Assembly (NCBI GenBank): GCA_963706595.1
Contig: OY970166.1
Location: 1,888,001 to 1,952,000, forward strand
From: an uncultured cyanobacterium
GTDB lineage: Bacteria; Cyanobacteriota; Cyanobacteriia; Cyanobacteriales; Nostocaceae
Direction of reading: 5' to 3'
DNA: 64,000 nucleotides
Positions 10,698 to 20,435 of this stretch are shown here, piece by piece. The notes under the pieces were generated by a model. It had not been told where the DNA came from. It saw only the letters and a program-made list of their open reading frames with translations, and did not search any database. Positions within the stretch are counted from its first letter, which is position 1. Each line of letters begins with the position of its first letter. A program made the position numbers and the translations under genes.

Positions 10698-13265
10698 ATG
10701 TTAAATCAAGTGCAGAAACTAGCTTGGATGACCGGTTTGGCTTTGGTGTGGGCAAATTTACCAGTTTTGGCTGAAGCTCACCAAAAACCGATAGGTAAAA
10801 CCTCTCAATTAAGCAACATCGAACAATTAAATATTCAGCAGTTACTGGCTCAGTCTCTGATTCAAGTAACAGGTGTCAACTTACAAGCAACAGACACAGG
10901 CTTAGAGGTAATTTTAGTCACTAATCAATCAGATCAACTGCAACTTACCAATCAGAGTGAGGGGAATAATTATATTGTTGACATTCCTAATGCTCAATTA
11001 AGCTTACCTAATGGTGATGTTGTCAGTCAAGAAAACCCCACTGCGGGAATCACTGAAGTTACAGTTAGCAATTTGAATGCGAACACAATTCGCATCAGTG
11101 TAACAGGTGAAACCGATGCGCCCCAAGTCCAGTTATTTGATAGTGACGAGGGTTTGATTTTTGGTGTTATTTCCACCGTGTCTACTACTCAAACACCAGA
11201 GACACAACCAACACCAGCAGAAGAACAAGCAACTACTGAAACTCAAGAACCGATTGAATTATTAGTCACAGGTGAGCAAAATAGATACCGTGTACCCAGT
11301 GCTTCCACTGGAACTAGAACTGATACTCTGATCCGAGACATTCCTCAGACTATTCAAGTAGTTCCTGAACAAGTGATCAAAGATCAAAGAGTCACCCGTT
11401 TAAGAGATGCGCTGCTGAATGTTGGCGGTGTGCTTCAAGATGGTGGGTTTGCTGGTACAGCAGACCAAATTGGTATTCGGGGATTTTTTGGTGATGGTAC
11501 TTTTGGTGGAAGTATTTTAGTTGATGGTTTCAAAGATGGACGAGGTGGTATTAGAGAGACTGCAAACGTTGAACGGATAGAAGTTCTCAAAGGGCCAGCT
11601 TCTGTTTTATATGGTGGCGTTCAACCAGGGGGCGTAATTAATTTAGTTACAAAGCAGCCTCTAAGAGATCCCTACTATAATGCTGAATTGTCAGTGGGTA
11701 GTTTCTCCACATTCCGCCCTAGTATTGATATCTCAGGTCCACTAAATTCTGATAAAACTCTGCTCTATAGGCTCAATTCTGTTTACGAAACTTCCGATGG
11801 TTTCCGTGATTTTAATCAAGATGTTCAAAGATTCTTTATTTCACCCACTTTAAAATGGGAAATTGGCAAAGCAACTAACTTAACGGTTCAATTTGACTAT
11901 CTCAACGATGAGCGTCCATTTGATCGGGGATTTTTAGCCTTTGGTGAGGGTATTATTGACACTCCTCTAGAGCGTTTTTTTGGTGAACCAGATGATGTCA
12001 GAAAAGTTGAAGAAATAGGCTTGAGCTATCGTTTAGAGCATAACTTTAACGATAATTGGAAAATCCGTAATGCTTTCCGATATCAAAGTTCAGATGATTT
12101 TGATTATCGTGCTGAACCTGTGAGATTAGACGAAACAACAGGCATTCTCACACGGAACTTTAGATCCAATGATGACTATAGCGAAAATTATACTTTACAA
12201 ACTGATGTAGTTGGTAAGTTTGCGACAGGTTCAATTAATCATACTCTTTTGTTTGGTGTTGACTTAGCTAGAGCTACATCAGGAGGAACTCAGAAGCGAT
12301 TACCAGGAGGAATTACACCAGATATTGATGTATTCAATCCAGTTTACAACGCCATACCCAGACCTGGTTTAGACGAATTAACCAACGTTGTGCGTAATAA
12401 CCAGGATAGCAACGATGGTTTAGGAATTTTCTTGCAAGACCAAATAGCGTTTGCAGATAATTTCAAATTGCTTGTGGGTGGACGTTTTGATATTGTCGAT
12501 CAAAACAGTAAAAATTTACGGGATGGTTCTGAATCTGGTCGCTACGATTCCGCTTTCACTCCCAGATTGGGTATTGTTTATCAACCTATTGAACCTATTT
12601 CTCTTTATGCTAGTTACAGCCAATCATTTCAACCAAATTTTGGTACAAGAGTAGATGGTTCATTTCTAGAATCTGAGCGGGGAAATCAATACGAAGTAGG
12701 AGTAAAAGGTGAATTTTTGGATGGTAGATTAGCAGCTACTTTGGCAGCTTATAGTATTACAAAATCAAACATTGCTACAACTGATCTTGCTAATCCAGAC
12801 TTTCTTCTTCCTATAGGTGAACAACGCAACCAAGGTATTGAACTCAATGTGGCTGGAGAAATTAGTCCTGGTTGGAATGTGATCGCATCTTATTCCTATA
12901 TTGATGCCGAGATTACTAAAGATAATGATGGTTTGGCGGAGAATCGTCCACCCAATGTCCCATTTAATACAGCTAGTTTGTGGACAACTTACGAATTGCA
13001 ACAAGGTGATTTGCAAGGTTTAGGTTTTGGTGTAGGGTTGTTTTATATAGGCGATCGCCAAGGTGACTTCAGCAATACCTATATCATCCCCAGTTATCTG
13101 AGAACAGACGCAGCAATTTACTATCAACGTGATAATTGGCGGGCTGGGATTAATATCCAAAATCTGTTTAATCAAAAGTATTTCCAAGGAGCAAATTTTG
13201 GGAGAGTAGCCATAGAACCGGGCGCACCATTAACAGTTATTGGTAGTTTTTCTGTGACATTTTAA
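10698..13265 (+). CDS. TonB-dependent siderophore receptor with N-terminal AMIN domain
   Basis: Signal peptide, AMIN-like region, plug (DIPQTIQVV, ERIEVLKGPASVLYG..PGGVINLVTKQP), C-terminal Phe; start could be 10632. Confidence 0.95.
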   Translation: MLNQVQKLAWMTGLALVWANLPVLAEAHQKPIGKTSQLSNIEQLNIQQLLAQSLIQVTGVNLQATDTGLEVILVTNQSDQLQLTNQSEGNNYIVDIPNAQLSLPNGDVVSQENPTAGITEVTVSNLNANTIRISVTGETDAPQVQLFDSDEGLIFGVISTVSTTQTPETQPTPAEEQATTETQEPIELLVTGEQNRYRVPSASTGTRTDTLIRDIPQTIQVVPEQVIKDQRVTRLRDALLNVGGVLQDGGFAGTADQIGIRGFFGDGTFGGSILVDGFKDGRGGIRETANVERIEVLKGPASVLYGGVQPGGVINLVTKQPLRDPYYNAELSVGSFSTFRPSIDISGPLNSDKTLLYRLNSVYETSDGFRDFNQDVQRFFISPTLKWEIGKATNLTVQFDYLNDERPFDRGFLAFGEGIIDTPLERFFGEPDDVRKVEEIGLSYRLEHNFNDNWKIRNAFRYQSSDDFDYRAEPVRLDETTGILTRNFRSNDDYSENYTLQTDVVGKFATGSINHTLLFGVDLARATSGGTQKRLPGGITPDIDVFNPVYNAIPRPGLDELTNVVRNNQDSNDGLGIFLQDQIAFADNFKLLVGGRFDIVDQNSKNLRDGSESGRYDSAFTPRLGIVYQPIEPISLYASYSQSFQPNFGTRVDGSFLESERGNQYEVGVKGEFLDGRLAATLAAYSITKSNIATTDLANPDFLLPIGEQRNQGIELNVAGEISPGWNVIASYSYIDAEITKDNDGLAENRPPNVPFNTASLWTTYELQQGDLQGLGFGVGLFYIGDRQGDFSNTYIIPSYLRTDAAIYYQRDNWRAGINIQNLFNQKYFQGANFGRVAIEPGAPLTVIGSFSVTF

Positions 13266-13296
13266 ATAACTCAGGTTTGGGGTAGAAGTAACCATC

Positions 13297-14301
13297 ATGA
13301 ATGACAGTTATATCAAATTCAAACGCTTAACTCGCTGGTGGGGATTTGGGATTGTACTATTTTGTACTCTACTCCTATCTGTCGCTTGTCATCATGGTGG
13401 TTCTCTACCTGTGAATGAACAAATAACAAACACAGCTTGTCGTGATGTTGAACACGCTGCGGGAATTACCTGTGTTCCCGAAAAGTTTGAGCGACTGGTG
13501 ACTTTAGATGATGCTGAAAATGCGATCGCACTAGGAATTAAACCTGTTGGTGCTGTGATCTCTGATTTTTCATTATATTGGCAAGATCAGCTAACGGGAG
13601 TCCAAAACATTGGTAAGATTGGCGAACCTAACTTAGAAAGTATTCTCGCACTCAAACCAGATTTAATTGCGGGTTTTGAAGATCAAAAAGATATTTATCC
13701 TCTCACTTCAAAAATTGCTCCCACAGTTTTGTTTGAATTTGGACACAGTGGTAAATGGAAAGAGGTATTTACAAATATTAGTGTAGCGTTAGGTAAGAAA
13801 GAGGTTGGACAACAAGTAATGGAAAATTATTACCAACGTCTCAAAGAATTTCAGCAGCAAATGGGTAATAATTTATCAAAACTTAAAGTTTCTGTAGTGC
13901 GCGTCTATCCAGATAAAATAAACCTTTATCTACTTGATTCCTTCTGCGGAATAGTTTTACAAGATGCTGGATTGTCTCGTCCTGAATCACAAAATTATAC
14001 TGCTTCAGAGTCCGTAAAATTATTTGGTAATCCGATTCAAGTATCTATCGGTAAGGAATTAATCGAAAAAGCCGATGGTGATGTGATATTTATTTGGACG
14101 GCTGAAAATAGCACCAAAAAAGGCAATCAAACAGCGCAAAAGAATTTAGAGCAACTCAAATCAAATCCCCTGTGGCAAAATTTAAAAGCTGTGCAAGAAA
14201 ATAAAGTTTATGTAGTTCCAAGTTACTGGATTGGTAGTGGTATGTTAGCTGCAAACGCAATTATTGATGATTTATTTAAATATTTAATTAATCAATCATA
14301 A
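13297..14301 (+). CDS. Iron-siderophore ABC transporter periplasmic binding lipoprotein (FhuD/FecB-like)
   Basis: Lipobox SVAC, LGIKPVG, PNLESILALKPDLI, LKAVQENKVY. Confidence 0.92.
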   Translation: MNDSYIKFKRLTRWWGFGIVLFCTLLLSVACHHGGSLPVNEQITNTACRDVEHAAGITCVPEKFERLVTLDDAENAIALGIKPVGAVISDFSLYWQDQLTGVQNIGKIGEPNLESILALKPDLIAGFEDQKDIYPLTSKIAPTVLFEFGHSGKWKEVFTNISVALGKKEVGQQVMENYYQRLKEFQQQMGNNLSKLKVSVVRVYPDKINLYLLDSFCGIVLQDAGLSRPESQNYTASESVKLFGNPIQVSIGKELIEKADGDVIFIWTAENSTKKGNQTAQKNLEQLKSNPLWQNLKAVQENKVYVVPSYWIGSGMLAANAIIDDLFKYLINQS

Positions 14302-14376
14302 GTTTCATAAACAAATATTTTATTTCTGCTAATTTAGGGTTAAATATTTTGTTTATTGAGTTTTTATCAATTAACT

Positions 14377-14769
14377 ATGACAATTCATACCTTATTTGTT
14401 TGTAAATCTTGCAGTGCTGTTCTCTCTCACGAAGAAGCAGACGATCGCGCTGAAGGAAATCAACTATTGCTGAAGCTTCTGGAAGTGCAAAAAAATAATT
14501 CTGCTTACAGCACTCTCAATATTCAGTCTGTGGGATGTTTGTGGACTTGCGTGAAAAAATATTCTTGTGCTGCGACGTTGGTTTGTCCGCAAAAATATAC
14601 ATATCATTTTGTGGATTTGACAGAGGAAAGCATCACTGATTTGTTTCAATTCAGCCAGCTTTATCAAACGAGCGAAGACGGATATGTTTTACCTCCCAAG
14701 CTACCTGGAACATTGCGATCGCATCTTTTAGTCCGCATCCCTCCTACACCTGTGGCGTTACTTCAGTAG
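14377..14769 (+). CDS. DUF1636-like putative metal-binding protein
   Basis: LFVCKSC, SVGCLWTC, C-terminal LVRIPP. Confidence 0.7.
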   Translation: MTIHTLFVCKSCSAVLSHEEADDRAEGNQLLLKLLEVQKNNSAYSTLNIQSVGCLWTCVKKYSCAATLVCPQKYTYHFVDLTEESITDLFQFSQLYQTSEDGYVLPPKLPGTLRSHLLVRIPPTPVALLQ

Positions 14770-14799
14770 ACAGTGTGACAGTGGAGCAATACCCTTTGA

Positions 14800-14878
14800 T
14801 AAGGCTTAGAAGCAGAAAGAATTTTGGCAAGACTTTAAACAATTCGACCAGGAACGGACTATGAGCTACATTACCATA
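14800..14878 (+). pseudogene. Short remnant of an Rpn/DUF4351-family gene
   Basis: Reads EFWQDFKQFDQERTMSYIT, matching QFWDEFKQFEQERTMRYVT in 39314-40282. Confidence 0.6.
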
Positions 14879-14982
14879 TGATTCTATCACAATACATAAA
14901 GACTGAAGAATTTATACAATATTCTCCAGTCTTCCTAGTTGATATTACTCTACTCTATGAGCTGCTATCCACGAATTTTGAC

Positions 14983-15533
14983 TTAGACAGTGGTAATGTC
15001 TATTTCTTTTTCTGCTAGTAAGTCATCTATTTTGGCAGTGTACTTCTTTGTGAGTTTTTGCAGTTTATCTTGTTGGTCTTTGGATTCATCTTCAGAGATT
15101 TCTGAAGCTTTTTCCTCCTTGCGAATGGAGTCTTGGACATCGCGCCGGATATTGCGAATAGCTACGCGTCCTTCTTCAGCATACCTTCTAGCCATGTGGA
15201 CGAATTCTTTCCGGCGCTCGCTTGTCAATGGTGGTATATTTAGCCGAATCACAGCACCGTTGTTACTGGGTGTTAAACCTAAGTCAGACAGGGAAATTGC
15301 TTTCTCTACTAGCTTTAAGCATGCCTTTATCGAAAGGCTGAACCCAGATGCTTCTGGCATCTGGCGTGGTAATGTTTGCCAGTGACTTTTAAAGGTGTGG
15401 GTGAACCGTAGTAGTCCACCGAGACCTTATCTAGTAAACTCGCATTGGCGCGGCCAGTGCGAATAGTGTTAAAAGCTCGTTGAGTTGCCTCAACGGTCTT
15501 TTGCATTGTACTCTCAGCTTCAGATAATTTCAC
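14983..15533 (-). CDS. frr: Ribosome recycling factor; two +1 A insertions (near 15388 and 15315), probably sequencing errors
   Basis: [25 protein letters not shown] and [21 protein letters not shown]; removing one A from each run restores [32 protein letters not shown]; directly downstream of pyrH. Confidence 0.93.
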
Positions 15534-16248
15534 ATGAACCTCCCACAAGGGTACCGATTTTTTCTCCCAATACAGCACGGCGGACGTTACCTCGCACCGT
15601 TAAATCAAAAACCAGGATTGGGATATTATTTTCTTTACACAAGGCGATCGCTGTACTATCCATAACGCGCAAATCTTTCGCTAAAACGTGCGCGTAGGTG
15701 AGACTGGTGTAACGCTTGGCCTCTGGATAAATATGGGGGTCAGCATCATATATTCCGTCTACCTTAGTGGCTTTAAAAATCACCTCGGCATCAATTTCTG
15801 CGGCTCTTAAGGCTGCTGCGGTGTCAGTCGTAAAGAAGGGATTTCCTGAACCTGCACCAAAAATTACCACCCGCCCTTTTTCTAGGTGGCGGATAGCGCG
15901 ACGACGGATATACGGTTCCGCTAATTCTTGCATAGCGATCGCGGTTTGTACCCGCGTCTGTACCCCAATTCGCTCTAAGCAATCTTGTAGCGTCATGGCA
16001 TTCATTACCGTGGCAATCATCCCTATGTAGTCAGCAGCTGCCCTGTCCATCCCCGCCGACGCAGCTTTAACGCCACGAAAAATATTCCCACCGCCGACGA
16101 CGATGGCGATTTGAACGCCGGTGGCTACCACCTCTGCTACTTCCTCGGCTATTTCCTTGACCACTTCTGGATCAATACCATAGCCCATGTTGCCCATTAA
16201 GGCTTCACCGCTTAGTTTAAGTAAAACCCGCCGGTAATTCGTTCCCAT
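15520..16248 (-). CDS. pyrH: UMP kinase
   Basis: [34 protein letters not shown]. Confidence 0.98.
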   Translation of the reverse strand: MGTNYRRVLLKLSGEALMGNMGYGIDPEVVKEIAEEVAEVVATGVQIAIVVGGGNIFRGVKAASAGMDRAAADYIGMIATVMNAMTLQDCLERIGVQTRVQTAIAMQELAEPYIRRRAIRHLEKGRVVIFGAGSGNPFFTTDTAAALRAAEIDAEVIFKATKVDGIYDADPHIYPEAKRYTSLTYAHVLAKDLRVMDSTAIALCKENNIPILVFDLTVRGNVRRAVLGEKIGTLVGGSCEII

Positions 16249-16318
16249 GAAGTTACGCTTTATCAAAAAAGTTGCAATTGCCTCCAATTTAAGATAGCAG
16301 CACAGCGACTATATGTGT

Positions 16319-16873
16319 CTAGTTTCGCCAAATCAATGAAGTCCCTGTTGGTTCCGTTTCTGCTAGGTTAATTGCTTGACCATTAAATAAAGATGCGATC
16401 GCATTTCTCAGATAATCTTCTCTGGGAGATGATGGCTCTTGAGGATAATTATCAATTTGTCCTTTGTACTGCACTATACCATTTTTATCGACCAGAAAAG
16501 CCATTGGCGTTTTATTAGCGCCAAAACTCCGAGTCACGTCTTGGGTTGAATCCCATAAATAAGGAAAATTCAACTGATGATTTTGGGCAAAAGTTTTCAT
16601 CTGATCAAAACTTTCTGTCGGGTGTTGTGTAGCACTGCTACCATTCATGCCAATGAGCGTGAAGCCCTGTAAAGCAAATTCTGCTTGAATATTTTTTAAT
16701 TTTTCTAGATATAAGTTTACATAAGGACAGTGGTTGCACATCGCAATCACACCAACTGCACGAAACTTCTCTAAATAACGGCTAAGATGGTGTACTTGAT
16801 TGTCAATTCCTGGAAGCTCAAAATCTGGTGCATAGCTACCAACAGGTGTGTCAATTGTTTCTAGTCTATTCAT
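16319..16873 (-). CDS. Thioredoxin-like (AhpC/TSA, redoxin) family protein
   Basis: APDFELPG, CNHCPYV, LNFPYLWD, YKGQID. Confidence 0.88.
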   Translation of the reverse strand: MNRLETIDTPVGSYAPDFELPGIDNQVHHLSRYLEKFRAVGVIAMCNHCPYVNLYLEKLKNIQAEFALQGFTLIGMNGSSATQHPTESFDQMKTFAQNHQLNFPYLWDSTQDVTRSFGANKTPMAFLVDKNGIVQYKGQIDNYPQEPSSPREDYLRNAIASLFNGQAINLAETEPTGTSLIWRN

Positions 16874-17355
16874 CTTTTATAGCCGCAAAGAACTAATAAC
16901 AAAAAAGTTTATGTGAAAATTAGGATGACTTTTTTGGGTGCAAACCTATTTTTAGCCAATCCTTGATATCCCATGATCTTACAGACCAATGTGGCTACCG
17001 TAAATTGTGAAAGTACAGAATTTACTAACAATACTAATCTTAGTAAACTATACGAAATCACATCCTAACATTTTTTTGAAAAAACAGAGGCTTTAACTCT
17101 CTCACCCTATCCAGGTACGGAAACGGCAAGATGAGGAAATGTGAAGTATCATAGAACTAATATCAAAATTCCCAAAAAGCAGCACACAAATCAACTGTGT
17201 GGGGGGTATTGGCTGTTAATAGGCAACAGTCAACAGTTCATAAGTGAGATTTTACAAAAGATTTAGGACTGCTATTTGTCAGGATTATAAATTTTTAGTA
17301 AAGCCACAAATGTATTTTTTCTTGGTACTCATATTAATATCTTCATAAAGTTCCG

Positions 17356-18288
17356 ATGACAACTTCCACAAACACATTGACGAACAGCAAAACTTGGACT
17401 TGGCAAGGTTTCCCCATCTCCTATCAGACTCAAGGAACTCATGGACCCGCAGTTGTTCTTGTACATGGCTTTGGAGCCTCATGGTGGCACTGGCGCAAAA
17501 ATATCCCCGTGCTAGCAGAAAATTGCCGTGTTTATGCCATTGATTTGATTGGCTTTGGCGGTTCAGCTAAACCTCAACCGGGAGGAGAAATTAACTACAC
17601 CCTAGAAACATGGGGAGAGCAGTTAGCCGACTTTTGCCGGGAGGTAGTGGGTGAACCTGCCTTTTTAGTAGGAAATTCCATTGGCTGTATTGTGGTATTA
17701 CAAGCAGCAGTCAGCAACCCAGATGTAGCTTTAGGTGTAGCTCTACTTAACTGTTCATTACGATTGTTGCACGATCGCAAACGAGAAACACTACCTTGGT
17801 CTCGTCGTTTCGGCGCACCAATTCTGCAACGGATATTATCAATCAAACCAGTGGGACAGTTTTTTTTCAATCAAGTTGCTAAACCTAAAACAGTCCGCAA
17901 GATTTTGCTGCAAGCCTACGCAAATGCAGAGATAGTCACAGACGAATTAGTTGATATTCTCACTGCGCCAGCAAAAGACCCAGGGGCTGTAGCGGTGTTT
18001 CTGGCTTTTACTTCATATTCTACAGGACCTCTAGCAGAAGACCTTTTGCCTCTGTTACCTTGTCCTGCCATTATCTTATGGGGAACAGCCGACCCCTGGG
18101 AACCAGTAGACTTAGGTAGAGAACTAGCCAACTATCCACAAGTGCTAAAATTCATCCCCTTGGAAGGGGTGGGACATTGCCCCCAAGATGAAGCACCTGA
18201 GTTAGTCAATCCGATTTTACTCGATTGGGTTACTGAAGACGCAGAGGTGAAGGGGGCTTTTCCGCAAAGTCGCTATTTCTCTAATTAG
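17356..18288 (+). CDS. Alpha/beta hydrolase
   Basis: LVHGFGAS, GNSIG nucleophile elbow, GHCPQDE. Confidence 0.92.
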   Translation: MTTSTNTLTNSKTWTWQGFPISYQTQGTHGPAVVLVHGFGASWWHWRKNIPVLAENCRVYAIDLIGFGGSAKPQPGGEINYTLETWGEQLADFCREVVGEPAFLVGNSIGCIVVLQAAVSNPDVALGVALLNCSLRLLHDRKRETLPWSRRFGAPILQRILSIKPVGQFFFNQVAKPKTVRKILLQAYANAEIVTDELVDILTAPAKDPGAVAVFLAFTSYSTGPLAEDLLPLLPCPAIILWGTADPWEPVDLGRELANYPQVLKFIPLEGVGHCPQDEAPELVNPILLDWVTEDAEVKGAFPQSRYFSN

Positions 18289-18308
18289 CAATGAATAAGT
18301 CGTAGACA

Positions 18309-18407
18309 AAAAAGAAGCCTCCACAGGCTTCGATAAAACCTGCGGGGACGGGCTTCTGAATTGTGTGAACTGCCTACACCTACCTGACAGGTAAGTGTAG
18401 GCTTCTG
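18309..18407. terminator. Hairpins between convergent genes
   Basis: AAAAAAGAAGCC-tccaca-GGCTTC and GCCTACAC.TACCTG-a-CAGGTA.GTGTAGGC stems. Confidence 0.5.
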
Positions 18408-18415
18408 GCGCATAA

Positions 18416-18661
18416 TTAGAACCAGCGACCGGGACCCCAGCCACCGAAGCCACCGCGACTCCAGCCACCGAAACCGGGACCCCAGCCACCGCGACCAGGA
18501 CCGAAGCCGCCGCGACCAGGACCCCAGCCACCGAAGCCACCGGGACCCCAGCCACCGCGACCGGGACCCCAGCCACCAAAACCGTAGCCACCAGAAACAA
18601 GCTGCTGTTCCTCTGCTGATAAATCCATCAACAAATCAGATTTCAGGTTTTGAACTGACAT
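18416..18661 (-). CDS. Double-glycine leader peptide with a Gly/Trp/Pro/Arg repeat core
   Basis: Leader DLLMDLSAEEQQLVSGG; GAGG RBS before the ATG at 18661; core of GG(W/F)GPG(R) repeats. Confidence 0.85.
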   Translation of the reverse strand: MSVQNLKSDLLMDLSAEEQQLVSGGYGFGGWGPGRGGWGPGGFGGWGPGRGGFGPGRGGWGPGFGGWSRGGFGGWGPGRWF

Positions 18662-19169
18662 AATTTTCACCTCAAATTCGTCAATAGGTGGTACGAACAC
18701 ACGTAAAAAAACATGGGAGTGTTGTACCTATGCTTTTATTTCTATACGTATTTTCTAGTGATTAAATTGCCCTATAGTTATAAATAAATTCCCAGTAAAT
18801 ATATCCTTTGACACAGGCAAAAATTAGTTTTCACTGAAATATCAGTTTTTCTGAACCTTACGAAAAAATTATATTTATGAATTTCAACTAATTTAATTTC
18901 ATTTTTGCTTTTTATCCTGCTATTTTGAGGAGTTTCTTTCAATCTAAATACAAAAATATTCTGATGGAATTAGAAATAATCTTTATAACTTCAGAAAGAG
19001 GAAGACAATAAATCTGAGAGGATGTTTGCTCAAACATAAAATATATTAAAAAACCTCTCTCCTCATAGGAGAAAGGGTTTAGATATCCCAGTTTTTTTTA
19101 GGAAGATAGGATAAGTCAGGTTGCGAGGAATTTGATATTTATTACTAAGAAATTACCCACTCAGCGCTA

Positions 19170-19406
19170 TTAGAAACCGCCAAAAGGATTGGCAGGAGGT
19201 CCACCAAAAGGACTGCCCCCACCGCCACCACTAGTTTGTCCAGTAATGAAGCCAAGAATTGTAACTGGGAAACTCTGACCGCGCGAATCAGTGAGATTAC
19301 CAGTAACGATAATATCAGGACGACGTGCTTGACCCCCAGATATAAGTTCTTGTGATTCTGCGGATAAATCCACAAATAAATCAGGTTCAATTGTTTTGTG
19401 CGACAT
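19170..19406 (-). CDS. Double-glycine leader peptide
   Basis: Leader DLFVDLSAESQELISGG; GAGG RBS. Confidence 0.85.
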   Translation of the reverse strand: MSHKTIEPDLFVDLSAESQELISGGQARRPDIIVTGNLTDSRGQSFPVTILGFITGQTSGGGGGSPFGGPPANPFGGF

Positions 19407-19568
19407 AATTTTTGCCTCAAATTATTACATAAATTTTAGGTAGCACCCATGCCAGAAAATTTTCTGGTTGGGTGCAAAATCATGGTTCAAATTTTACGTT
19501 TGACCGTAAAAAACCTGCTGATTAGACAAGACTATTGGCGAAGTAGAAATCATGCTAATACTTAGTCT

Positions 19569-19820
19569 TTATTTAATGACTTCAAGAGTACCAGTCAAGC
19601 GGATTGGAACACTAATCACACGTTTCCTACGGCCGCCACGCTCCCTAGTTGGAGATCCAAATTCTGGCTCGTCAAATTCTGAATCGCCAAATTCTGGTCT
19701 TGAACCGCCAAATTCTGGTTCTGAATCGCCAAATCGCATATTTTGTCCGCCTGCTAAAAGCTCTTGTTGTTCTGCGGATAACTCTTCAAACAAATCTGTT
19801 TTGGTGATTTGGGATAACAT
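19569..19820 (-). CDS. Double-glycine leader peptide with acidic (P)EFG repeats and a basic tail
   Basis: Leader DLFEELSAEQQELLAGG; GAGG RBS. Confidence 0.85.
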   Translation of the reverse strand: MLSQITKTDLFEELSAEQQELLAGGQNMRFGDSEPEFGGSRPEFGDSEFDEPEFGSPTRERGGRRKRVISVPIRLTGTLEVIK

Positions 19821-20087
19821 ACTTTTGTACCTCACTTACTTAATATAGGTGTGGAATCACCTATGTTTTTATTATTAACTATTAGCGAATTTATTAAATT
19901 ATGCGGAGGTTAGAAACTTAGAAATTAATTTTACTTCTTTAGACTCAGGAAAATAATTTTTCTGGAGTTTCTTATATTTTTATATATTAGGAATAAAACT
20001 TAGAAACCCGACTTCTTTTAGACCTCCAGAAGGTTGCTTACTGGAGGTTAGAAGACGGGGGATTGAGCATTTTTGTCCGATGCTTAT

Positions 20088-20405
20088 TTATGAAAATAAT
20101 CCACTTATAGCTTTGGCTATGAAATCGTTTATGCTATTAGTATTAAAACTAAAACTAGGTAATCTGAACGTTGTAGATGATGCCATAGTAATCTGTGATA
20201 AAGTGTATTTAGTACTTTGAGAACCAGATTCATCATCGGCAAGATTTAAATTATTATTTGCCTCAGTTTCAATGTCAGTTTTCTGAAAGAAAAAATTACT
20301 GGTTCCGAGTATACCGTCGCTTTGCCCACCAGCTATATTTTCTTGTTCTTCTTCAGTCAAAGTCTGGAAAAGAAATGAATTTTTTGATATATGATTTTCC
20401 CACAT
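20088..20405 (-). CDS. Double-glycine leader peptide (Ser/Thr/Asn-rich core)
   Basis: Leader FLFQTLTEEEQENIAGG; immediately downstream of the peptidase transporter. Confidence 0.82.
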   Translation of the reverse strand: MWENHISKNSFLFQTLTEEEQENIAGGQSDGILGTSNFFFQKTDIETEANNNLNLADDESGSQSTKYTLSQITMASSTTFRLPSFSFNTNSINDFIAKAISGLFS

Positions 20406-20435
20406 GATATTACTTGCTCACACCAGGATAAATTG

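Noticed and set aside
18217..18600. 127-aa VAGVPVA-repeat ORF
   Set aside because: Alternative-frame shadow of the Gly-rich GG peptide, which has the leader and RBS
19620..19650. RERGGRR as a PatS/HetN-like RGSGR signal
   Set aside because: It does not match RG(S/T)GR
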